This document shows positions 33,460 through 47,500 of a stretch of DNA of 64,000 nt, in pieces. Position 1 is the first letter of the stretch. Each line of letters begins with the position of its first letter. Position numbers and translations under genes: made by a program. The notes under the pieces are model-generated. The model did not search any database. It saw nothing but the letters and a program-made list of their open reading frames with translations, and was not told the DNA's origin. Origin of the DNA: Tubiluchus corallicola (Eukaryota > Animalia > Priapulida); assembly GCA_030141605.1 (NCBI GenBank), contig JAQGDQ010001001.1:1-64000 (forward strand), written 5' to 3'.

Positions 33460-36400
33460 TCGTACAACTTGTTTGGTAGGTATAAATGTATGTTGATTAA
33501 GGACAAAATTGCTAAATGTGTTAAAGTTCGCCTGTAAAACTTGTCAAAATGCTTATTAGCCCTACATAAAATACCTGCTATTTGAGTGCGTATTTTGTCA
33601 ACTATGTTGGGAAGAAAAAGATCTCTGGGTTTTCTGCTTCTACCCATTACGTTTTTATCAATGGCTGGCACTTAATGCTTCGACATAGTTTAGGCTCCAT
33701 CATCCACTGAAGTTTTTGCAGTAATATAACCATTTATCAAACATACCTCAAATGCCTATAATTTTAATAACACTTCGAGCATTTTGAGCAGAAATGAGAC
33801 AACAAAAAATAAGGAGCTGATATTTGCCAATAAGTCTTAAAAATAACCTACCAAATTAAAATAGCTATTAAATGAGCAATTTCATTTTTTCAAATAATTT
33901 TTCATGCAAAATAAATAAAAGTGTTTATGAACACTATGTACATTTGTAATAAAGATTTTAAGAGTTACAAAGCTATTTGTTCCCTTTCCTTTCAGAATGA
34001 GCTTAAACAGGTTACATTAATAAAATAAACTAACAATTATTCAAAATAGTGTTCGAAAAGAATGTTCACTATTACTTGCCAAAAAGAAGGAATTACCATC
34101 GCTTTGTGTAATTCATCATTCCTTTAGAACATACTGTTAATGATAACGAACTTCAGTAAATTCAATTACACAACAAAATGTTGGCAATTGGAAACATGTA
34201 TTAGCATTATTTCCATCATGCCTGTTCTGAAGGCTAAAGTTGTTTGACAGTAAGGACCTAGGAGTGGTAGACTATTGCTAAAATTAAAAAAAGTGTAGTT
34301 AATGTACAACTTGCTCTTTAAAGTTTTGATTACTTATTAGAAATTATTAAACCCAACAGGTGAGTCTAAAAGTTACTTAAGAACAAGTATGTTACATAAA
34401 AACGTGTGTGTGTAACCATGAATGACTATGAAATTTAAAATTTATATCCATTTCAGTATTGCAGCTTTCTAATTTTCTCTATTACACAAGTGTCCTAAGC
34501 TGCAAATGAGAATAAACATATTTGAGGAGCAATAATAATAATAGTAGGTCTGTGTGTTTTTGAACTACAAAATTCAAGCATTTATTTTCTGTTTCACCAT
34601 TAAATTATATTAATTAGCATGTGAATTTTGTAGGTATTTACCAAGCAGGAAGAGCAGACGTATGGCATTTGAACTTTGTTATCTTATTTTGATATGGGTT
34701 TATTGCTTGTAACAAAGTTGCTTGATTTTTATTGTATTTTTTTAAATAAAAATATATGTAAAATATAAAAAAATAAGTTATCATTGTAAAATATGTATTC
34801 AGAGATCTTATAATTTGAAAGCTTATGGGTGCTTTTATGAAATGCACTTTTTGATATGTACATAATTTATGCATGATTTCTGGATTGATTTGGCCTTGGC
34901 ATATCTATGTGTGCTTATATATGTACTTATGTGTGGGCATAGGGCAATGTGGGAAGCTCTGGAAGTGAAGTGCTGCCTGTACTAGGAATAGAAAAGCGGC
35001 ACATCTTCAGTTACTATGTTTTGTGTATTTTGTTTGAAGTTATTGTGCCTAGATAAAACCTTATTGACACTTTTAACTGTCTCTGTGCTTTCCTGTGACT
35101 GCATCTTTGTTTGACTTAGTTTGTTGGTAAAGCTAGGTATTTAAACAGCTGGTATGTTCACCAAATTATCACTTGCACTTCACTAAGCCCAATACCTAAT
35201 ACAATATTAACGTACTGGCTAGCTTATTCCAAGTAACTTCGATAAACCTGCACCAGTTATTAATACATTTAAATCAGTATTGAAACTGTATAAATTTCAC
35301 CTATCTTTAAGTGATGTGCATATAGGGTAAAAAATAAATGGAAATACAAATGTGAAGGAAAAACCTAAGTCACCGATTCAATATACGTCACTAAGAACAA
35401 TTGTAATTTTGTATCTAAATTGATAAGACATTAAAAACTTTAATAAGATATTGAAAAATCATTATAATGTAACAGCTCTAATTTCTAAATTAATTCTTCT
35501 GCAATGCTGTGATTCTGCCTCCAAAACAGCCTCATTAAGTCTTCATATCATACCAATGGAAATTGCAAGTTGGAGTATCAGTTAACGTCAGTTAACCCAA
35601 GTGATGTAATTTATTACATAGCTACAATTACATATTTCGTCAAAGTGGGCAATCTGAATTGATAAACTTGCTTTGGAAGTAGACAGACTAGAAGGCTTTA
35701 TCATTATATTGAATAAATCAGACTACTGTATGCATAAGCTTCAAGTTTAATGAGATAGAAAATGGAAAAGTGTCAAGTGTCAATGCCCTACAAAAATCAT
35801 TCTAACTAGGTATTTAATTAAGGATATTTCAAAATTTGCTTCTTATTGGGTATTTTGCTTCTTGTTAACTATTGTATTATTGAAACTTTTGTATTTTTTA
35901 ATGTACTAGTTGTAATTTTGTTGATCAGAAATAGACAATCTTGAATCTTGAAAATAATCTTGGATCTTGTTTAGTCAAACAGTAAATTGGCAAGGACAAG
36001 CTTAATATGTAGTTTTATATATGTATATGTATGTGTGAGGGCACACAGCATTCTCTAAGGTGGAAATGTTTATTTTGACAACATTTCTTAAAGCCAGTTA
36101 AATGCCTCAACAAAAATGTTGTTGTATTATATTATATTCGTTGATTTTGTGGTGATTTCTTGCAACAGCTGTTAGAAGTTTCTTATGAAACCAAACTGTA
36201 TGTCATGTATTTTGTTTCTACTGTATGGTTGTTTTTGGCAGTTGTTATATGCAAACGCTTTCTTGATTAATTTTTGTCTTCATTTAAACTATTTTTATAG
36301 TTTGTTCATGTTTGTTATTCAATATAGATGAAGGTATTTTTATGAGACACTTTTGTATGTGTAATTATATTATTATTTTTATAAATCAGAAATCACCCAC

Positions 36401-37249
36401 TGAAAAAACATTCAAGGCTGATGGCACCAGCCACTCGCAGTACCTACTATTACTATAAGGCCCAGTTTATACAGGTAGAGCACGGATTTCAGTATGAATG
36501 TTTATACGGTGTACATATTTTCTCACGGTTTTCTGTACAGATAAAGATCGTTACAAAATGAAAGTTGTTGAGAAATCGAAGTATATGTGAACCCACCCAG
36601 ATGTGCCATATTAGTGGAAATTTAAAGGGAGCTAAATTTCATTACTTTCTGGCAGTGTGCAGTGCACTGTCCTCACAGTCCCGGCCTACTGGTATTGATA
36701 TAGTATTGGTGTTATCAGTGTAGCCCAGCGTGCTTTACTACATTGATAAGGAACTGTTTCCAGTTAGTTGTACTGTGACCACGTATATGCAGCTAATTTT
36801 ATAGGAAAACTGTTTGTGGTGTGTTAGCAATCACCAGACGAAAGTCTCAAAGTATCCATTTCAGTAAGTATCGAGGCTAAAATGTTGCGGCTATTCATGT
36901 CTGGTGCGGTAGCGCCGTCTCTAGTGTACGCTGCTGAGAATCTCTACATTTCAATTGCATCCCAATTTGTATCTTCGGCACAGCAGGAAAACTTAGTCTA
37001 TTTGGACATACATGTATTTTGCCATAAAACAAAAGAAGGCCTAAAATGTGATTAGACAATTTTCATCATTTTGTTTATTAGGTTCAAGCTGTGATTAAGT
37101 GATTTTCACAAACAGCCTTTTCATAAAGAAGAACGCTCAACATTAACTGTAGGGCCTCACTTGTGTCTGCGTAGCATCGCAGAGTAACGGTTCATGTTTG
37201 TAATGTACTTGTGTTCTAGCACATCAGTGTTTGCAGTAATAATAAGGTA

Positions 37250-38728
37250 CTAGCCAAACCCCACAAAAAGAATTTTGTGCACAAATCAACCCACACCACA
37301 CCACTCCACCTCATCACACCACACCACCCCACTCCACCTCATCACACCACACTGCACCACACAATACCACCACACCACACCATACCACTCCACCACATCA
37401 CACCGCACTGCACCACACCATACCACTGCACCACCCACACACCACACCATACCACTCCACCACACCATACCACTGCAGCACACCGCACCACCCACACACC
37501 ACACCACACCATACGACTCCACCACATCACACCACACCATACCACTGCAGCACACCGCACCACCCACACACCACACCACCCACACACCACACCACACCAC
37601 CCACACCATAATACTCCACTACATCACACCGCACTGCACCACAACAACCACCCACACACCACGCCACCCACTCCATACCACACTACCCACACCACACCCT
37701 ATCACCCCACCACACCATCCATAGCACAACACACAAAGCACACCACCACCACACCACATCAAATCCACCACCTCACGTGGTGATCATGATGTTGATGATG
37801 ATGATGGTGGCAATGATGACGACACCTATAGCACAAGCACCAACAGCACAGCATTACAACAAAACCATTCCAAACATTTTTCACAAAGTTGAAACTATGT
37901 GCTATAATATAATAAATAGCAAAGGCCCCGCAAAATATTTTGCGTAAAAAACCACGTGTAATCAATAATACGCGAACATCCTACCTAGTCCTCATTTATA
38001 ACACAAAGCCCGTAACATCCTGCCTACTGTTTGTCTGTTTATCTAACGCAAAGCAGCTTTTACAGAATTAAAGCTATAAGATTATAGGCAGAGTACAATG
38101 GATGACGTCACAACAATGGCTTTGCGTCAGCAGTTTTCTAAGCGAAAATTGCGAAAAATAGAACATCTAATTAACTCGTCGATACTCCTCTCGGTGGACC
38201 TGCCCTAAAATATAGCCCACATCATCGTGTAGCCCCGTTCTTCCTCTTTCTAAAGAGCTATATATCTCCTTCCGAGAGTCCCACCGGGCGCCGCTAGAAC
38301 GTTTTTTCCGCATGCTGTTTGATCAAAATTTCGAAAAAATCGCGAGTTGGGTCCGGGAAAACGCCCGTTGCGGGGCGCCGTGGCCCTCTCGGGAACTCTA
38401 AATAGGCCTATGACACCCATCGCTGAACGGGCTATCTATCCATACCCAGCAGCGCCCTCGGCCCGTTCCCGTTCTCTACATCTCAGGCGTATAACTTTTG
38501 CAAAAAACGGCCGAAAAATGGCCATTTTTGGAGGTTTTTCGCCCCCCGTTCCTCGCGGTGGGCCCCATTCGAAAAATAAACCCCCAATGAGACGACACTA
38601 GATCGAGACCTTTCGTTTGATATATAGATCGCCGCAAATGGTGCCCTCGTCAAACCTGTAGCCTCGAATCTTATATATAAATAAATAAATATATATATAT
38701 ACCAAGAATATTAATATAAGAGTATAGA
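37250..38728 (-). mobile_element. Complete non-autonomous Helitron
   Basis: On the - strand it begins A|TCTATACTCTTATATT at 38728 and ends with hairpin CACAAAA-TTCT-TTTTGTG, then GGGTTTGG CTAG|T at 37250. Inserted between A and T with no TSD; carries an internal microsatellite and a GC-rich core. Confidence 0.8.
37290..37775. repeat. Degenerate (CACCA)n simple repeat inside the Helitron
   Basis: ~490 bp of cacca/cacac/cactc variants, almost all C and A on the + strand; source of four spurious ORFs. Confidence 0.95.
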
Positions 38729-39554
38729 TTCTTTTTTAATGCGATACTCGTATTTTTATCCATATCAGTAAACCTAAAATTTTAAGTGTCACATTTTTGC
38801 TCAGTATTCATATGATGCAAAAGGTACCAGCACCAACTGCGAAACATTTCGATTTAATTTAAGAACAAAAATGCTGCAAAAGGGACATGCACACATATTA
38901 TTATACAAATTAGTTCACCGAAATATCAAGTGTCATATGCAGGCTTTACGCGCATATAGTAGGCGCAAGACATTATGTGCATATATAATCAGTCACAGAG
39001 AAGAGCCAGTCTCCACAGATTAAATAGTGTCAGTCACTCATACCTACAAAACTATGTGAAAACAACGAAAAACGAGTCTCTTGCTGTTCTAACTCTGCAA
39101 ATCGAGTCATATCGCATTTTGATATGAAAATAAAATCGTCTGAAAAATTTCACCTGCAAATCTGGCATACCCTGCACATAGTAAAAACTATGCAACGGTG
39201 ACAATGGATCGTAATATTACGACTGCTGAAAACATTAGACTTTTCAAAAACGTTAGCGTGTCGGCATCTGAAGCTATTGTGTATGTAATACTACAGTTTA
39301 TCTCGAGCGGTAAGACAACTAATGCCAAACTCTTTTTTGCTTAATTCGGGTTCGCCAAAAATGTGACAATACAGTAAAATGACTCGTGCAGACCTCGGAC
39401 TGAATAAATATTACCTTATAGTTTGTACAATACACACTTTTCGTTACACATTACATTTTTTAAATACGGCGATGCTACAGAATGTAAACTACATATATAA
39501 GCTTTTTAGCACTTTTTATTTCACTGATTCAAGTCTTAAAGATGTGAACCACAA

Positions 39555-40640
39555 GAACAAAATCCCGAAAAGGTGCTTTTATAAATGTCTGGGGGTGTTT
39601 TTTCCTTAACTGGGCAATTTTGCTATTCTCATCAATTTTACTATACTGAACCCGAAAACATTGTATGTAGTTTGAAAAATTAGCTAAAAAAGTTCAAAAA
39701 ACGCAAAATGCAAATCGGACGCCAAGTTTTTTCACAAACTATGTAGGCCTAAATTAAAAGAAACTGCTAGAATATTAATACTAAGAAGCGGTTATGACAG
39801 GTATTCTAAGGTAGTTGGACGTAAGAAATCAGTTTTTATTACTTTTATTTCAAAAACGGTCGTCATTTTCAAAATGTTTGCGCAAAACCATTATAGTAGC
39901 TTCATCAACTAACGATTTATTTTAAAAACAAAAATCAAATTGTTTTTATCAAGTCCGCCTTGTTTAATCTAAAAAATCTTAGACTCCAAAAAGGATGCAA
40001 AAAACTAAAACAGTTAAAAAAAATACTCACTTGGTTGGTTCCAACATACATGCTATCTACGTCTATCATCTTGAAATAACAGCCACGTTAGATGATTTTC
40101 GTTGGACTTATGTCCAAAATTAATTTTTATGGTTCTAGCATTGTGCAAAATTACATAACTTTTAGGCGAAATAATGAAGCTTTTCCTGCTAGAACATTAT
40201 GCCGGGAATCGGACAACCATTTTACTTTTTGCTTATCACTGTTTATGTTGCTCTGTATACTTATTAGGTCTAAAGCGCTTTTTAGATTCTGCAAAGTCAA
40301 ATTAATAAAAATAATTTGTCTTTTTTTAATAAATCTTTAGGTGAAACTATATAGAGCGATTACATGATCGATTATATGTCCTTTGAGTTTAAAGCAGCTA
40401 CCACTTTTGATGTAAAAGTAACAGAAATGAATTCTATAGTCCAACTACCCTGGAATAGATGCCGTAAGGGCCTGTTAATTTTATGGGAATTTCTTTTCAT
40501 TTAAATATAATGTAAGCAAAAAATTGGCGTTTTTGAATTTTTATGCTAATTTTCTGAGCTGGCAACAGTTTCAACGTAGTCAGATTGATAATACCTGCTA
40601 TATTTAGAAAAAAGCTCAACAGAGTTCCACTTTTTTGAAA
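39555..40640. mobile_element. Long-TIR non-autonomous DNA element (same family as 2178-2990 and 63225-64000)
   Basis: Left part aaaatcccgaaaaggtgctt...gaaaaattagctaaaaaagttcaaaaaacgc is mirrored at the right by gcgtttttgaatttttatgctaattttc. ccaactacc.tggaataga is shared with 63895-63912. Confidence 0.6.
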
Positions 40641-41831
40641 TTCGCTAGTTTATTAGAGCTTCTCAATCGTATTAGTTTGATTGAAAAAAGCAACAAAAAT
40701 TTAGGACCTGAACTTTGGTTTTATGGTTACAAAGCAGGAAAATTGTCAACAAGTAATTCGTTAGCGCCTTAAAGATATTGCTATGCGTAATTAAGTTCAT
40801 AGTACGAATCTCATCTTATAGTTGATGAATCACGAACTTATTAAAAAGTTAAACATTGTATCACATAGAGTATATGGATGAGTATTTTCTAATTACGAAG
40901 GTATTTCTATTCCTAATGATAAGATGCACACAATGTTATTGCAGAAACTTTCGAATGCTCTTAGGTGTACGAGGTATATTGCCCTCACAGAGCAAGTAAA
41001 TTTTACATTTTCAGGGCAAATAAATGTATAGTAAAATTTCCAAACTTAATAATGAATATTAACAAATGCTCAGAATAAAAGTTGTAAGCTCGTGGGCTTT
41101 AAAGAATGCAAAAGTAAACTTTCTAAAAATTTCAGATTGAGAAGTGAATATATTCGTAAAGTTCAGTTCCTGCAAAAAGTTTTTAACTTTTAACATTCTT
41201 TATTTTAACTTAAATTTACGTTTGTTTGCGTAAATTTAACAATGCTGTTGTATCATTTGGAATAGGAATTCCGATCAGAAAGAACAGTAATTTGCGTTAC
41301 TCTGTTAAACACCGGTCATGACCGTCGGCTTAAAATTCGTTTAAAAAACATTCCCAACTTTCTCCTGTCTTGAGAGTCGGGGATAGGCGATATATGGAAG
41401 GGGGTTGCGCATGGACCTCACCAGTTGAGTGATTCTCTTTATGTAAATCAGGCAGCGAGTAGGCCCATAAATGTTTTGTTTTTTATATACTTTTATCAGT
41501 CTATATCCTGTATAAGTATGTATATGCTGGAAATTATTTAGAAATTATATAGGCTAGGGCAAGTTAGAAAATTTTCAGGGCAAGTTCCTTCTGCCCCCTG
41601 GTGAAACTTCCACACGCCTATGGGCATGCTTCAGGATAAAACTGCGGATAGGCATTGCATGGACCAACGTAAAGGCATTGCAGCCATAATCCATAATTTG
41701 TAACCTATCAGGCATCTTCTAGCTTCCACAAGACTATATCATACCACCGGTATTCTCCTTTCCGTGTAAATAGTAAGGCGTTATGCCATAATCCGTTTTT
41801 TGTGGTGGGTGTGTGAATCAACAGGCGTAAC

Positions 41832-42040
41832 TTCTTACCGAAATTTATTAGTTTACCTGATTCAAAATAAACCAACCACTGGATCCGGTGGATATATATA
41901 TGTAAATAAATATATATAAATATAGATTTATATAAATCTTTATTGCAAAAATTATACACTAGCACAGAAACAGACTAAAGCAACCGGATCCGCTGGTTGG
42001 CTCATTTTGAATCAGGTAAAGTTATACATTTCGGTAAGAA
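41832..42040. mobile_element. Short palindromic MITE-like element
   Basis: ~58-bp inverted arms ttcttaccgaaat...tttacctgattcaaaat...ggatccggt / accggatcc...attttgaatcaggtaaa...atttcggtaagaa. Confidence 0.7.
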
Positions 42041-44527
42041 AATATATATATATATTATTTTACATAATGCGTTGTATTATTAAATAAAAGCAGAAGCGCG
42101 CAGACCGATTCACTGCAACAGACAATGTGAATCATAATTTGTTCATAACGATATTGCAAACAATCAAGAAAAATAATGAAAAAAAAATTCAACTAAACCA
42201 GAAAGTTCCTCCATTTATTTTACGAGCTTTTGGCACCCACAGAAGATCGCACAGCACCAGGATGGACAAGTAACAGGCGAAGAAAGATTGTTAATAACGT
42301 TGAGGTAAACAGGACCTAACCAGTTTTATACAGACAGTTTCTTAAGAGAATTAATTTTAGGGCTGTACATATAGTTAAACAAAACAATTTAAAACAGTTT
42401 TAAAGAACATATTAAACTATTTTTATGATGAAAAAGATAACTGTGGTCGTTCATTGAATATACTAAGCCACGAAGTACACTTATAAAATTTATCGAGATC
42501 TCCTTAGTACATTGGACTGAGACAATACACATCTACAAACAATGTCTCTTAGAATTATAGTAATAGCCTTGCTACAAATTTACGGGCTACAAATTGTAAG
42601 GCTACAAATTTATGGTCCGAAAAGACAGTTTTACGTTCACATCCAGTTCTAGATAATGAGTCTAATATAATTATATAATACGGCTTATTGTCAAACGTTT
42701 GTATTAATTGCATATTTTATTCACATATATTGAAGTAATTTTACTCGCATTACAGCATAACAGATTTCTTTAAAAATATTTCATTGTGTAAATCATAATA
42801 ATCTGCGCGTACGTAACTGCAGTATTAGTAAAATTGCTGTTTAATGTTAATGAGGGCCATTCTGATATTGAATTCTTAAGATATAAATGAAATGTGCACT
42901 GTAAACATCAAAAATACGCTAAATATCGCGTTAGCGATTGGTCAAAAAAGGCTTATGACAAACGAAATTAATGGCCAAGTTCTTTTCATAATAAGATAAA
43001 GACATAACAAGGTAGGGGCGACAAGAAGCAATCGCCCCCGGCCGCAAAATTCGTCTGGAGCTCAGTGCCTGCTAATTATTAATTACTAATCTGACATTGA
43101 CGAAACAATTAACAAAAAATTTTCTAACTACAACAAAATTGCCTAGGTGTGTAGGTGGCTCGTAGCTGAGCAGACCCTGAGCAGATATAATTCTTGGAGA
43201 AACAATAACGTTTCTCTAAATGGTTATTGTATTATTGTGAAAACCTGTATCTGCATCTTTCATAATCTTTGCATATTTTAATGATTTACCTGAATGTTTA
43301 AAGCACAAGAAAACCCTCCACTTACATTAAGCTTAAGAACTTCGTCTTGAAACATTTACATACTGCCTTTTTGCATACGGGGCGTGCTTCGACAGTAGCG
43401 CTGTATAAAACTGGTAAATTTAAACTCCCGCGATGACCGTCATTTTAACGATAAGTCATTTGAAGCAAGCTTAGATAACACTGAGTAAAGTTTTGAAAAA
43501 ATAATCAGAGCATTCGTAGCGCACATTTCACTAACCAAGTAAAATTTTAAATTACTGTGTCTTGCCAATAAGATTAAAAATACACTTATTAATTTGTGTG
43601 GGGCCTAAAACCGTCAAGGGCCTAAAACCGACGAAAGAGCTCTGCAAACTTTATTGGAATGAAACGAGATACTAGACAGAAGCTGTTTTTGTAAAGGTAC
43701 TTTAAATGAATTAATTAATTCGTTACATAAATAAAACAAAAATCAAATCAAAATGAAATTAAAAGAATTTATTTAAATAATTAAAACAACTGATACATTG
43801 GCAGAAACAGAGATTTATAGAAAATTCATAGTTCAAATAACTTCAAAAATAATAATAAATTAATACTCAACCATTTTGGGACCAAGAAACGTTTATGACT
43901 GATAAACCAGAAATGATCAGTATTAATAAATAGCCACATGCAACTGTATACAATAACAGATGACAATTTATCGTTCATTACAAGATTATGCTGTCATAAT
44001 TATATAAACTGTGTGTTATCTTGCGCCTTAGTCAGTGCATGCGTCTGCCTGTTGAATCGACGAGGCAATTCCATATGGACAGTTTTGTACGTTGAATACA
44101 TTGCGCTGTATTAAATAATACTTCTTAAATGGTGATACCGGTGTTGCAACCATCCCTTGGTGTTAAATATGCAAAGCTGTTGATTAGAAAGAGGATCGAA
44201 ACATCATTATATAGGGTACTTTTAAAGTTAAAGTAAGAGTTACCATTATGCAATGCATCAGCAGTAATATGTACATCTGCGTTGCTGTGTCACATTGAAC
44301 AAATTGCAAACAATTTTTATTTTTAATTCCTTTGAGGCAAAAATTGTCTAACGACACGGCAGTAAAAATTCCAGAAGGTCCAGCTAACCAGTTATCAAAA
44401 GGACCTTTGCATTGCTACTTAATTAGTTAACAATTAAATATCGGTTTTAATTTGTTTTATGAAAGTCGTCTTGAATTCGTATCGTAATAATCAATAAAAA
44501 AGTGAACATTTTTGTGTGCTCTTTCAG

Positions 44528-47500
44528 TACTCGGGATTTGTGGCAATACGTTAGTGATAATTATTGTCATCTTGCACAAGCCATTACGGAATCCTACCGG
44601 TCTGTTATTACTAAACCTGGCGATAACTGATATGCTGGTAACCGGTATCATTACACCTATGGCAATTTGGGGTATGTAAGTAGTCTGATAGTGTCAACAA
44701 TACTAATATATTATGTATTATTACGACAATGAAGAGGTAATGTATTATGTAATCAAATGGCACATAATTAGCTTCGCAATCTACATAAATACAGGTAAAT
44801 TAGATACGTATTCCCTGTTTGAGATATTGCAGAAGCAAATTAAAGTGAAACCTTACACTTTGCTTGTGAATGACGCACTTGAATGAATGAAGTAGTGGCA
44901 CTATAGGCATACTAGCCTAGAGGCTCTAGATTCCCACTATGCAAAATTGGTCACACTTTAAACGTATTCGGGAACACTGCTTTACATTTCAGTTATTAAT
45001 TTCACATAAAATGTATTATTATAGCAAAAAAGCAGAGTTTGTAAATCATAATGTACTTTATATTATTACTTAGGTTATGTACTGCTACATTTTTTCTCGT
45101 ATTATACTGAAGAACAGCTATTTCACATGCTAATTGTTGCTAGATATAATTATGGTTTACAATCGTTCTAGGATTTGTGGATGTAACAGGTCTAGAAAAT
45201 CTACCAAAGTTATGCACATTTATTGGAATTTTGTGCATTGTCGTCTGTAATGCTTCTCTTTTTACATTGATGGTTGTTAGTGTAAGCCGAATGACAGCAA
45301 TATGCTATAACAATGTCTACAAAAAGGTACTGTATAATGTAAATCCTATTTACACTTAATGATGCAAATTTAAAAACTTGATAACAATATTTTGTTCCTT
45401 GTTATAGCATCAAATTTATGTATCACAATTAAAAATACATACTACGCAGTGAGCCATCTTCACCCATTTTAAACAGTGATCATACATCCAGGCTCTCCAG
45501 CAAAAATGCTCCTCTCCAAGCTGTGATCGATGTGACATTATTTAGACCTACAGTCCCCAGTGCCTTACTAAGCAATCGTAGCCAAATCATAATGATCATT
45601 CATTCAACTTGATAAAATGCAAATAAAAATAAAAAATAAAAAACCCCGGTTTGTTTACACGTCCGAGATAGGAGTCAAAGTGTGAAAGTTACGGCCACAT
45701 ATCCTAACATTAACTCCAAAAATGTACTAGGCTTAATCAGATTCAAAATGATCAGGAGCGTCGTGCATAGTGGTCAGTTACGCTTGAATTATTATTAAGC
45801 GTAATCATCTATAAGTACTGACATGAATCGACCAGGTATAGTCAGATGAAAAAACGGTTACGACACTACGCCCGAATTTGGATCTGAATTCATTCAATCT
45901 GGTTGCAAGTAAACGTTTGGCGTTCGAATGACTGTAACAGCAGCTTCATCAAGCTTTCAAAGAACCTATACAAATTACGCCTTAACTAAACATAGCAGGT
46001 GCAAAAGGAGATCATAAGAAGTCAATATCTGCATGGTGTCAGTTAAAACATTGAGCGTAAACCAGTATGTACATAATATATGTATCAGAGATGCAGACAG
46101 CTTTGCTTCATTTCGATGCACAATAACAAAATAGTGATAAACTCATTTTTTAATTTATAAAATTAATACAAAACAAGAGTTTTTTTAAACTTCACTGCTT
46201 GCAGCCATCAAGTCACTAAGAATGCATGAATACTTTTACCATATGCACGCATCTCCAGAACAGACTCCTCCGCAATAGTTAACTAATAGTAGGTTTGTAC
46301 CATCATTTATAATAATTTTAACACCAACATTATAATAATTTGTACCATCATGGTCAGGAAGCGCTGTAGAACTATAGAAAGAAGGTCAAAAAATATATAG
46401 GGTTCAAGATTTCATATCATATCATGAAACAGAGAAACGTAGAAATAGACTATAGAGATCAACGGATGCACTATAAATCACTGTCAATTTTCTCAATATA
46501 CATGAAAATTAGATTGATATATTTAGTAAATTATTTTATAGTTACTATTACCCGGCAAAATGATTACAATACAGGCTAAATACTACAATCTTTTACAATT
46601 ATACGTATACTGGCCTTAAATTATACTAGAACAGATTGCAATAATGAAAGTTTTGCTATATAGCCTGGCATAGTTAAATGCGCTGTAATACAATTTAACA
46701 AACGTTTACAGATTTTTACGAGAAAGGGCACAACACTGTTGATTGCTATCATGTGGCTAACCGACGCTGGCATCAATTTTCCAGCTTTATCAAGAAAAGT
46801 TTACCCGAAAGGCAACGGATACTGGCTAGAATCAAGGTGAACTTTTTGCTATTTGCACGTATATCGTTTTCGGTATTTCGCACAAAACAAAACACCAAAT
46901 ACAATGACGTTAGTCAAATCAGGTCATAGATGGGACATGGGTCCACGAGAAATATCTTGAGTAATGCAGTAGCATCACATACTATTGGGTTAAGTAATAT
47001 TAGTGTTCAGATGTTTGGAGATGACGCGCGATTGCTATTGCTGTGAATCGAAAATGGACAATTTTGTGGTAAACGACAATAGAACGGATGGCGTTCAAAA
47101 TCAAGGGTCCTTCAATTTAGTGATTAAGAATGGTCGAGTTCCAGTCTAGCATAGGGATTATGGTTTATGAATTACCCCCCCCCCTCCTGTAAGCTAGCTT
47201 CTATCTTTTTCCAAAAATCGAATCGCAACTCGTTGCACATCTTATTTAGAAACAGAAATATAGTTTTTAATCCACTCACATTGACTAGGACACCTAAGAC
47301 AAATATACTGTAGTATTAATTTTGAACAATACACCAAGTTCGCCCGCTAATATTTGTTCATCATTTTTCCATTAACATGTGTACTATAATTATATTGACT
47401 AATTGTAGATGTTGTTGTACTATTCGAACTGACTACCTCCCGCCCAGAAAGCAAACATCTACACAGTTTATGTGTAGTATTTATATAGAAAAACTACTAG

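Noticed and set aside
37275-37783. Four long His/Thr/Pro- or Val/Trp/Cys-rich ORFs
   Set aside because: Translations of the (CACCA)n repeat inside the Helitron; open on both strands only because the repeat lacks stop codons.
42120-42310. Candidate first coding exon of the GPCR (donor GAG|GTAAAC)
   Set aside because: I found no ATG-initiated frame with a plausible receptor N-terminus; at most a UTR exon.
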